Of a DNA stretch of 32,000 nucleotides, positions 25,193-32,000 are shown one piece after another. The number at the start of each line of letters is the position of its first letter. Positions within the stretch are counted from its first letter, which is position 1. The stretch lies in NCBI RefSeq assembly GCF_001548275.1, contig NZ_AP014945.1:1740001-1772000 (forward strand), in the 5' to 3' direction. Source of the DNA: Caldimicrobium thiodismutans. Its GTDB lineage: Bacteria > Desulfobacterota > Thermodesulfobacteria > Thermodesulfobacteriales > Thermodesulfobacteriaceae. Position numbers and translations under genes: made by a program. The notes under the pieces were generated by a model. It was not told the origin of the DNA and did not search any database. It saw only the letters and a program-made list of their open reading frames with translations.

Positions 25193-25390
25193 CTTTGCAA
25201 AGCTTATTTTAAAGGAAAAAGGGGGTGGAAAAGTAAAGGAGCTTAATAGAAAGATAAGGAGATAGCAGAGAAGACTTGAAAGAGCATACTTAGAAAAAAA
25301 GGTAATTATTCACAGAAAAAATTGACTGTAAAAAAGATGGGGTGAAAATGATTTTATTTAGAAAAATAAATGAGGTATTACGCGGAATTG
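25193..25390 (+). repeat. Intergenic repeat R1, copy A
   Basis: Aligns by eye to the reverse complement of 28888-29120. The first ~115 nt are roughly 85-90% identical and the rest roughly 75%, with a ~38-nt extra segment in copy B. Confidence 0.8.
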
Positions 25391-25414
25391 ATAAACAGAG
25401 AGGAAACAAAGTAG

Positions 25415-25451
25415 CACAAATATTTGCATTTGCTAAAATTTGTGTTATAAT
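25415..25451 (+). promoter_or_regulatory. nikR promoter (TTTGCA-N17-TGtTATAAT) overlapped by the dyad CACAAAT-N16-ATTTGTG (candidate NikR operator)
   Basis: Half-sites at 25415-25421 and 25438-25444 are exact reverse complements separated by 16 nt. -35 at 25423-25428 and extended -10 at 25443-25451. Confidence 0.4.
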
Positions 25452-25478
25452 TTTTTAAAAAAGGGGAGGAAAGATAAT

Positions 25479-25901
25479 ATGGATGAGCTGGCAAGATTTG
25501 GGGTCTCCCTTCCTGCTGAGCTATTAAAGGCCTTTGACGCATATCTTGAAAGGAAACACTATGCCAATCGCTCAGAGGCTATAAGGGATTTGATTCGTCA
25601 AAAGTTAGTTGAAGAAGAGTGGAAGGAATCTGAGGAGGAGGTAGCTGGGGTAATTACCTATCTTTATGACCATCACAAAAGGGAACTTACTGATAAACTT
25701 CTTGATCTTCAGCACGATTTTTATGATAGAATTATTACTACTCAACATCTACATGTAGATCATGAGAGGTGTTTAGAGATAGTGCTTGTTAAGGGGAGGG
25801 CAAATGAGATCAAAAATCTTGCTGATAAGATACAGTCCTTAAAAGGGGTTTTGCATGTTAATCTGGCTTTAACCACTCTTGGAAAAAATATACCAGCATA
25901 A
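25479..25901 (+). CDS. nikR: Nickel-responsive transcriptional regulator NikR
   Basis: Ribbon-helix-helix N-terminus (RFGVSLPAELLKAFDAYLERKHYANRSEAIRDLIR) and a C-terminal metal-binding domain with His/Cys ligand pattern (YDHH..., HLHVDHERCLE). The ATG at 25479 has GGAGG upstream. Confidence 0.85.
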   Translation: MDELARFGVSLPAELLKAFDAYLERKHYANRSEAIRDLIRQKLVEEEWKESEEEVAGVITYLYDHHKRELTDKLLDLQHDFYDRIITTQHLHVDHERCLEIVLVKGRANEIKNLADKIQSLKGVLHVNLALTTLGKNIPA

Positions 25902-25912
25902 GGAGGGTAGTC

Positions 25913-26119
25913 ATGTCAGAAAAGGAGAAGGTAGAAAAATTAACCAACAAAGAGGGCTTAATTGCTTATCTAAATGAATTAATCTCTCAGGTTGAACAGG
26001 GATATGTTATGGTTGGAGAAAAAAAGATAGATTTACCTGAAAACTTTGAACTTGAAATCAAATACAAAGAAAAAGAAAACAAGAAAGAAGTAGAATGGGA
26101 AATTGAATGGAAATTTTAA
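25913..26119 (+). CDS. Small acidic protein, amphi-Trp-domain-like (C-terminal EVEWEIEWKF)
   Basis: 68 aa. AAGGAGGG RBS lies 11 nt after the nikR stop. The alternating Trp/charged C-terminus is recalled as typical of the amphi-Trp domain family. Confidence 0.5.
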   Translation: MSEKEKVEKLTNKEGLIAYLNELISQVEQGYVMVGEKKIDLPENFELEIKYKEKENKKEVEWEIEWKF

Positions 26120-26123
26120 GAGT

Positions 26124-28259
26124 TTATTCTATTAATTGAAAGTTGATTTGAAATCTTCGTAGATCTACATTCTTAACTTTTACTTTTACTGTCTGGCCAA
26201 TTTGGTAAACCTTTCCTTTTTGTTTTCCGATAAGGCTTATTCCCTTTTCATCAAGCACATAGAAGTCATCCACGAGATCAACGACTCTTACCACACCACT
26301 TACCAAATATTCTTTTAGATCAACAAAAAATCCAAAGGCTGTTACTCCTGAGATTATACCAGAAAAGGCCTCTCCAATTTTATCCTTCATAAAAAAGCAC
26401 TGGAATTTTTTGAAGACCTCTCTTTCAGCCTCTTCAGCAGTCCGTTCTTTTATGGATAAGGATTTTCCCATCTCCTCAAGTTCATCTTCGGTGTAAGGGG
26501 CTCTTTTTTTTCTTAAAGCCCTTTTTAAGGCCCTGTGAACAACAAGATCAGGATATCTACGAATAGGGGAGGTAAAGTGGCAGTAGCAGGTTGAAGCAAG
26601 GCCAAAATGTCCCACATTATGAGGTGAATATTTGGCTTGTTTGAGAGACCTCAGGAGTAAATGATTATAGAGATAACTCAGTGGATGGTCTTTAATAAGA
26701 TCCAGAAGTTTCTGAAAAAACTTTGGCGTAGGCTCTTCAGGGATTTTAATTTTTGTGTTTTCAAGGGGAAGAAACTCAATTAATTCCTTTACTTTATTTG
26801 AATCTGGAGTTTCGTGAACACGATAGAGTAGGGGAAATCCCTTTTCTGTAAGGAATTCGGCTACTGCTTCATTTGCGGTGATCATAAAGTCTTCAATTAA
26901 CATATGGGCAAGGTTTCTTTCTCGCTTTACGATATTTTCAATCTTTCCCTCAAGATTAAGGATAATCTCTGGTTCTGGTAAATCAAAGTCAAGACTTCCT
27001 CTGGCCATTCTTTTCTCCCGAAGGATCTGAGCAAGCTCTCCTGCTGAAAGGAGCATGGGGTAAAGGTGTTGATACTTTTTAATGAGCTTTTTATCTTTAT
27101 CAAGAAGCATTTTTTTTACTTCTGTATAGGTAAGTCTGGCCTGGGAGCGGATAACAGCTTCATAGATTTTGCGGTTCCTGATCTTTCCTTTGGGAGTGAA
27201 GTCAAGCTCAACCACCATGGCTAATCTATCCACTAAAGGGTTCAGACTGCAGAGTCCATTAGAGAGTTTTTTAGGAAACATGGGAAGCACCATATTGGGA
27301 AAGTAAACACTTGTTCCTCTTTCATAGGCCTCTTGGTCAAGATGAGACCCCTTTTTAACATAATGAGAAACATCAGCAATGGCTACCCAGAGAGTAAAGC
27401 CCTTTGAGTTTTTCTTAACGCAAATGGCATCATCAAAGTCCCGGGCACTTTCTCCATCAATAGTTACAAGAGGGATATTTCTAAGATCAATCCGCCCAAT
27501 TTTGTCCTCTTCAGGAACTTCATCTGGAATATTTTCAAGCTCTTTTTCTACATCTGAGCTAAATTCTTGAGGAAGGTTAAATTTAAAAACAGTTGCAAGG
27601 CAATGGGTGGTAATTTCTTCTGGGTCCCCAAGATCCTTGATTATTTCTCCCAGTGGGACTCCAAATTCAGAGGTAGATTGCAAGATTTGGGCAACAACAA
27701 GATTTCCCTCTTTAGCTTTCAATCGCTTTTTTTTGGGGATAAAGATCTCAAAGGGAAGACGACGGTCTTCTGGCTCTACAAAGAAAAATTTATGTCTTTT
27801 AACAAGATAGCCCACAATGTTTTTTCTCGGTCTTTCTAAAACAGTGACAATACTTCCTTCAGGTCCTTTACGAGCAAGTTTTTCAATTCTTACTAAGACT
27901 ATATCACCATCAAGGGCCTTATTTAAACGCCTCTGGGGAACAAAAACCGTTTTGCCCTCTTCTGTTTCAACAAAACCGTATCCATCGGGGTGAACCCTGA
28001 GCTTGCCTTTAAGTATAGATAAGCTCTCTGGTAAGGCAAAGCGTCTTTTACGAATCTGAATAAGTTTGCCTTTCTCTACCAGAGCTTTTACTAAATTTCT
28101 TATTTGTTCTCTTTCAGCTTTTGGAACATTAAGTAGATGATAGATTTCTTTAAGTAAGAGGGCCTTTTTAGATTTTTGAAAAAGTTGAATTATCCCTTCT
28201 TCAGAAGGGATAGGCTTTTTTGAGATTTTAAAAGGAGTTTTTTCTTTCTTTTTTGACAT
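26124..28259 (-). CDS. rnr: Ribonuclease R
   Basis: Cold-shock/OB N-terminal region, RNB domain (IDGESARDFDDAI, YFPNMVLPMFP, HFGLA...YCHFTSPIRRYPDLVVHR) and a C-terminal S1 domain. Confidence 0.95.
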   Translation of the reverse strand: MSKKKEKTPFKISKKPIPSEEGIIQLFQKSKKALLLKEIYHLLNVPKAEREQIRNLVKALVEKGKLIQIRKRRFALPESLSILKGKLRVHPDGYGFVETEEGKTVFVPQRRLNKALDGDIVLVRIEKLARKGPEGSIVTVLERPRKNIVGYLVKRHKFFFVEPEDRRLPFEIFIPKKKRLKAKEGNLVVAQILQSTSEFGVPLGEIIKDLGDPEEITTHCLATVFKFNLPQEFSSDVEKELENIPDEVPEEDKIGRIDLRNIPLVTIDGESARDFDDAICVKKNSKGFTLWVAIADVSHYVKKGSHLDQEAYERGTSVYFPNMVLPMFPKKLSNGLCSLNPLVDRLAMVVELDFTPKGKIRNRKIYEAVIRSQARLTYTEVKKMLLDKDKKLIKKYQHLYPMLLSAGELAQILREKRMARGSLDFDLPEPEIILNLEGKIENIVKRERNLAHMLIEDFMITANEAVAEFLTEKGFPLLYRVHETPDSNKVKELIEFLPLENTKIKIPEEPTPKFFQKLLDLIKDHPLSYLYNHLLLRSLKQAKYSPHNVGHFGLASTCYCHFTSPIRRYPDLVVHRALKRALRKKRAPYTEDELEEMGKSLSIKERTAEEAEREVFKKFQCFFMKDKIGEAFSGIISGVTAFGFFVDLKEYLVSGVVRVVDLVDDFYVLDEKGISLIGKQKGKVYQIGQTVKVKVKNVDLRRFQINFQLIE

Positions 28260-28270
28260 TCAAAGGTGAT

Positions 28271-28552
28271 TTATTTAAGGCCTAAATATTTTATAGCCCG
28301 TTCCAGGTCTTCATCAGAGGAAGTAAGGTGAAGACCAGCTTTTGGCCCTTGTCTTACAAGTTTTCTAAATTCTTCTGCACTTGTAATTTTTTTCTCCTGA
28401 ACATACTTTTCCAGAGAGTCCTTTCCTTTATGACATTTAAGGCACTTAAAATCTTGGGCTGAGCTTGAACCAGAGTTTTTAAGAACAAAAAGAATTCCTG
28501 CGGAAAGAACTATAATAAGTAATGAAAAAGAGTAAAGTTTAAATCCCCTCAT
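28271..28552 (-). CDS. Small secreted monoheme c-type cytochrome (putative)
   Basis: N-terminal signal/TM helix and a single CxxCH (CLKCH). 93 aa. No SD is seen upstream of the ATG. Confidence 0.55.
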   Translation of the reverse strand: MRGFKLYSFSLLIIVLSAGILFVLKNSGSSSAQDFKCLKCHKGKDSLEKYVQEKKITSAEEFRKLVRQGPKAGLHLTSSDEDLERAIKYLGLK

Positions 28553-28595
28553 AATTTAAAAAATATTTTAATCATTTTTTTTCTTTTGTCAAAGG

Positions 28596-28711
28596 CGCGT
28601 ATGCGTCCATATCTTTTGAGACTCTATAGGATTTTTTCAACTACTTCTGTTGTAGGAAAATGAACTTTTCCCATTTTTTCCACTCTTCTTTTTTTGTAAG
28701 GATATGAACTT
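28596..28711 (-). repeat. Intergenic repeat R2, compact inverted copy (both modules, ~60 nt apart)
   Basis: 28596-28619 is the reverse complement of 19764-19787, and 28680-28711 is the reverse complement of 19509-19542. Confidence 0.85.
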
Positions 28712-28887
28712 TGACAGGGAAGGGGTTCAAAATTCTGGTTACCTACAATAAAATCTTACTTTTTTAAAACTACTTTAGTATAAAACTATTTTAGTTTAGA
28801 TAGAAATCCCTTTTAAATGATTTTCTCAAGCTCAATAATTATTCATTGGATAAAAATTTTTTATTGATTAGACAACTTTTATAAAAA

Positions 28888-29120
28888 CAATCCGTAATGC
28901 CTCACTTAAAAATCTACTTGAAACGGGTTTCGTTGCCTCACATAATTTTCTAAATGAAATCATTTTACCTTCCCCTTATTTGTTGTCAATTTTACCTTGG
29001 GAATAATCCCCTTTTTCTTTAAATATGCTCTTTCAAGCCTTCTCTGCTATCTCCTTATCTCTCTGTGAAGCTCCTTTACCTTTCCACCCACTCTTTCCTT
29101 TGAAATAAGCTTTGCGAAAG
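28888..29120 (-). repeat. Intergenic repeat R1, copy B (inverted relative to copy A)
   Basis: Reverse complement reads ctttcgcaaagcttatttcaaaggaaagagtgggtggaaaggtaaaggagcttcacagagagataaggagatagcagagaaggcttgaaagagcata..., matching 25193 onward. Confidence 0.8.
28892..28944 (+). repeat. Left arm of a ~50-nt inverted repeat (partner 29197-29245)
   Basis: The reverse complement tatgtgaggcaacgaaacccgtttcaagtagatttttaagtgaggcattacgg aligns with tatatgaggcaacgataaaatttcgaatagatttttaatgaggcaatcc (roughly 75-80% by eye). Confidence 0.7.
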
Positions 29121-29196
29121 AACTAAGCTTGTAAATTTAAGAGGGGCGAAATAGATAGTTTTTTCGTGAAGGTTCAAGAGAGGAGCTGAGATTTTT

Positions 29197-29245
29197 TATA
29201 TGAGGCAACGATAAAATTTCGAATAGATTTTTAATGAGGCAATCC
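29197..29245 (+). repeat. Right arm of the ~50-nt inverted repeat (partner 28892-28944)
   Basis: See the left arm. Each arm carries two TGAGGCA motifs about 28-38 nt apart. Confidence 0.7.
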
Positions 29246-29288
29246 AAGAACTTGCTCTTTTTTCTTCTTTTGGTAAGATTAAAAAATA

Positions 29289-29822
29289 ATGTTTTCCCTT
29301 AGGGTCATTTTTTTTCTTTTGGTTTTCTGTTTTTTTTTGTCTCTCCCTTGTTTTGCCCTTAAAGTGGATAAAATCTCCCTTTTTAAGACTTCAAAAAATA
29401 TCTATCTTGTTTCTCTTCAATTTAAAGATTTTCCTCTACAGGAGGTTTTATTATCTCTAAAAAGGCAAAAAGGAGAGGTCTTGATTCTCTATGAGTTTGA
29501 GTTTTATAAAGAAAGATTTCTCAAAGATGAAGAGATTTCCAAGGAGGTTTATTATCAAAAAGCTGGATATCTTCCTGAGAAAAATCAATATTTTCTTGAG
29601 GATAATTTTCACAGATCCCTTTTTAACCAACCCGAGGAGATTATGCCTTCCCTTATCTCTCTTCAATCTTATTCTCTTAAAAGTCCCATGCCTGAAAAAG
29701 GAGTATATCTTATTCTTCGCGTTACCCTTAAATACAAGAGTCATCTAAATAAAGATTTGAGATATACTTCCAAGGAAAGGGAGGTTATTTTAAAGACCGC
29801 AATTAAATATGACAGGTTATAA
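29289..29822 (+). CDS. Secreted/periplasmic DUF4390-like protein
   Basis: Signal peptide and ~177 aa. It overlaps the start of an NtrY-like kinase by 14 nt. The DUF4390-before-sensor-kinase arrangement is recalled from other bacteria, and the family assignment is unverified. Confidence 0.45.
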   Translation: MFSLRVIFFLLVFCFFLSLPCFALKVDKISLFKTSKNIYLVSLQFKDFPLQEVLLSLKRQKGEVLILYEFEFYKERFLKDEEISKEVYYQKAGYLPEKNQYFLEDNFHRSLFNQPEEIMPSLISLQSYSLKSPMPEKGVYLILRVTLKYKSHLNKDLRYTSKEREVILKTAIKYDRL

Positions 29823-31878
29823 AAGATTTTTAAATAGGAAGTTTCTTTTCTTCTTTTTTATCTTTATTATAATCCCTCTTTTAGAAATTTTTCTTTACCA
29901 AAGTAATTTGATAAATTTTCCTCAGAGAAGTATTTTCTTCTTTTTTCTTATCCAGATTGATCTTCTTCTCTTGCTTCTTCTTTTGTATTTTATCTTTAGA
30001 TATCTCTGGAGGATTTTCTGGGAAATACGGGGCAAAAAGATTTCAAGAAGTCTTAAATTTAAACTATTTCTCCTCTATTTTCTTTCTATAACCTTTCCTG
30101 CAGTAATTTTAGTTCTCGGGAGCTTTTATTTTCTTAAAAAGGGTATGGATTACTGGTTTGAAGAGTTTTCTTCTGAAAAAATCATTGCAAGGCTTTTACA
30201 AAAAGAGGATTTTATAAAAGATGTTGAGGCAGAGCTTTTGCAAAAGGCTTTTAAAATTAAGGAGGAGTATCTTGAAAAGACGGATGAGATCAAGAGTAAG
30301 GATCTGCGGGAGAAATTTCGTTACTTTCTTGGGCTAAATTCTATAGAAATTTTTTATCTCGATGGGAACCTCTTTAAAAAGACCTATTCTTCTGAGATTG
30401 ACGAAAAACTTGGTATTCCCCCCTCTCTTCTTGAAAAAATAATCAAGGAAAAAACCCCTCAGACCTTTCTCCAACCCATAGATTCAAGACTTATTTTAAG
30501 GATTTTTCTCCTGTTTAATGATAAAAAAGGACAGCCCTATATTCTTGCCGTTGGTAAAATTTTGAATCCACAAATGTTAAGCGGAAAGATTGATGAAAAA
30601 GGGCTTACTCAATCCCTGAATTTATTTCTTTTTTTATCTTTTCTCTTACTCTTTTTGTTTATTCTCTTTGTAGGCATCTGGGTAGGGAATAAACTTGGTA
30701 AGAGCTTATCAGAACCCCTCCAGGGGTTAATTCTTGCTACTCAAAGGATATCTCAGCGAGACTTTGATCTTTCTGAACTTCCAGAGGTCTCTTCCCAAGA
30801 CGATGAAATAGGAAGGTTAATTCAGTCCTTTAAATTGATGGCTGAGGAGATTAAGTCCTATCAGGAGACCCTGCGTAAGTATAATCAATATTTAGGTGGT
30901 GTCTTAAATGCCTTACCTGTGGGTATTGTAATTTTTAAGAGTAATAGGGATATTCTTTTTAAAAATTTTTCCTTTCAAAAGTGTTTAGATACATCTGGAA
31001 TCAAAGACCTTAAGGAATTTGCAGATTTCTTATCCCTTGAGAGTTATTTTCAAACCCTTGATTTTAATCAGACCTTTTATAAGGTTTTTACTTTGGAAAG
31101 GGAAGGAACTGAACTTTCCATAGGGATAACCTTTATGAAACTTGAGCTCTTTGGGGATAATCTTTTACTTCTTATTGTTGAAAATCTTCAAGAAAAGGAG
31201 ACCCTCAAGAGACTCTCCCTCTGGAGAGAGGTTGCCGTTAAAATCGCCCATGAAATTAAAAACCCTTTAACCCCTATCAAACTCTCTGTAGAAAGACTCA
31301 GGAAACGGCTATCGGAAAAGCTTCAGCCCGAAGATAGAGATCTCCTAAATCAAACTGTTGAGGTGGTTGAGCGCTATGTAGAGGAATTGAGAAAGCTTGC
31401 CCTTGATTTTTATCATTTTTCTCAAAAACCTCTCTTTGAAAAGATAGAATTTGATCTTTTGAATAATCTTGAAGAGGTGATTGAACTTTATAAACTTGCC
31501 TATCCTGAGCTTGAGATTAATCTTAAAAAGGTAGAAGTTATTCCTTCTCCTTTTCTCATTAAGGCTGATCCCTTTCAATTAAAGAGAATCTGGATCAATC
31601 TCTTTGATAATGCTATAAAGGCTATGCCAGAAAAGGGTAAGATTAACATATTCCTTGAAAAAAAAGAGAATAAGATAGTTATCAATTTTCAGGATAATGG
31701 AAGCGGTCTTGATGAAGAGATTGCTTCAGCCTTTAATAAAGACGATTTCTCTAAACTTCAGAAGGCAGGCACAGGGCTCCTTCTTATCAAGGGTCTGGTT
31801 GAGCTACATCAAGGAAAGATAAGAGTAGAAAATCTCAAAGAGGGTGGCACAAGATTTATTTTGGAATTACCCTGTTAG
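29809..31878 (+). CDS. ntrY: NtrY-like membrane sensor histidine kinase (TM - HAMP - PAS - HisKA - HATPase)
   Basis: H-box HEIKNPLTPIKLSVERLRK (NtrY-type), N-box NLFDNAIKAM, G-boxes DNGSGL and GTGLLLIKGLVELHQG, and multiple N-terminal TM helices. Confidence 0.8.
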   Translation: MTGYKRFLNRKFLFFFFIFIIIPLLEIFLYQSNLINFPQRSIFFFFLIQIDLLLLLLLLYFIFRYLWRIFWEIRGKKISRSLKFKLFLLYFLSITFPAVILVLGSFYFLKKGMDYWFEEFSSEKIIARLLQKEDFIKDVEAELLQKAFKIKEEYLEKTDEIKSKDLREKFRYFLGLNSIEIFYLDGNLFKKTYSSEIDEKLGIPPSLLEKIIKEKTPQTFLQPIDSRLILRIFLLFNDKKGQPYILAVGKILNPQMLSGKIDEKGLTQSLNLFLFLSFLLLFLFILFVGIWVGNKLGKSLSEPLQGLILATQRISQRDFDLSELPEVSSQDDEIGRLIQSFKLMAEEIKSYQETLRKYNQYLGGVLNALPVGIVIFKSNRDILFKNFSFQKCLDTSGIKDLKEFADFLSLESYFQTLDFNQTFYKVFTLEREGTELSIGITFMKLELFGDNLLLLIVENLQEKETLKRLSLWREVAVKIAHEIKNPLTPIKLSVERLRKRLSEKLQPEDRDLLNQTVEVVERYVEELRKLALDFYHFSQKPLFEKIEFDLLNNLEEVIELYKLAYPELEINLKKVEVIPSPFLIKADPFQLKRIWINLFDNAIKAMPEKGKINIFLEKKENKIVINFQDNGSGLDEEIASAFNKDDFSKLQKAGTGLLLIKGLVELHQGKIRVENLKEGGTRFILELPC

Positions 31879-32000
31879 AAGACCCTTAAGTGCTGATATT
31901 TCTTTTTCAGTTAAGGGTTTCCACTCTCCAGGTTGCAGATCACCAATTTTGAGAGGACCTATCTCAATTCTTTTTATTTTCAATACTCGGTATCCGAGTT
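31867..32000 (-). CDS. C-terminal end of an RsuA/RluB-family pseudouridine synthase (partial, runs off the window)
   Basis: Minus-strand frame reads LGYRVLKIKRIEIGPLKIGDLQPGEWKPLTEKEISALKGLLTG*, the typical C-terminal pattern of this family. Only 44 codons are visible. Confidence 0.5.
   Translation of the reverse strand, partial: LGYRVLKIKRIEIGPLKIGDLQPGEWKPLTEKEISALKGLLTG

Noticed and set aside
28553-28570. Possible leaderless or near-leaderless mRNA for the cytochrome c gene. There is no SD, and a TAAAAT box lies 12 nt upstream of the ATG.
   Set aside because: The spacing does not place a TSS on the ATG with any confidence, and alternative -10 boxes are possible. This cannot be decided from sequence alone.
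28624-28674. 16-codon mini-ORF (MGKVHFPTTEVVEKIL) on the minus strand inside the R2 repeat.
   Set aside because: It is not conserved in the paralogous R2 copy at 19540-19560, where the equivalent frame stops after 5 codons. The SD is weak.
29289-31878. The DUF4390-like and ntrY genes look visibly more AT/T-rich than the Wood-Ljungdahl genes, so I considered recent horizontal acquisition.
   Set aside because: The proteins are membrane-rich with many F/L/I/K codons, which explains much of the skew. I cannot compute composition statistics here, and there are no flanking mobility genes.

Overview
This window is mostly core anaerobic metabolism. I found no obvious mobile element, CRISPR array or defence island. 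All homology calls are by-eye motif recognition with no searches run, and repeat identities are approximate.

Layout:
- Nt 1-18045 (+) is one large Wood-Ljungdahl (reductive acetyl-CoA) supercluster: cooS (5'-truncated), hdrA-like, mvhD-like, a poly-ferredoxin, a second mvhD-like gene, metV, a metF::acsD fusion, acsB and acsC. A 320-nt gap with a terminator-like hairpin and promoter-like boxes follows, then acsE and a giant formate dehydrogenase fusion.
- Downstream (+): pheA, an FmdB-type zinc-ribbon gene, tRNA-Gly(CCC) and trmFO.
- A minus-strand operon: HDAC-family deacetylase, aminotransferase, tgt, yajC.
- nikR plus a small amphi-Trp-like gene (+); RNase R and a small monoheme cytochrome c (-); a DUF4390-like gene plus an NtrY-like sensor kinase (+); the 3' end of a pseudouridine synthase (-).

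Main points:
1. Three apparent ORF breaks in the supplied track are in-frame UGA codons at known Cys/Sec positions: hdrA nt 1323, mvhD nt 4256 and fdhA nt 16411. Each is followed by a hairpin, so I read them as selenocysteine, not as stops or pseudogenes.
2. metF and acsD form a single 839-codon ORF. The two domains are joined by about 210 aa of tandem-repeat, coiled-coil-like and P/E/V/K-rich linker. This is the most unusual coding feature here.
3. fdhA is a roughly 1361-aa fusion of a 2Fe-2S domain, a GltD-like flavoprotein module, ferredoxin domains and a Sec-containing molybdopterin FDH.
4. Three intergenic regions (19488-19829, 25130-25478, 28553-29288) share mosaic repeat modules. These include a ~200-nt inverted pair bracketing nikR through the cytochrome c gene, a perfect 24-mer abutting -35 boxes, and a MITE-like inverted-repeat structure.
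5. A 7-N16-7 dyad overlaps the nikR promoter and is a candidate NikR operator.

The K/E/I-rich proteins and multiple selenoproteins suggest a thermophilic anaerobe of the sulfate-reducer or acetogen type. That is inference only.
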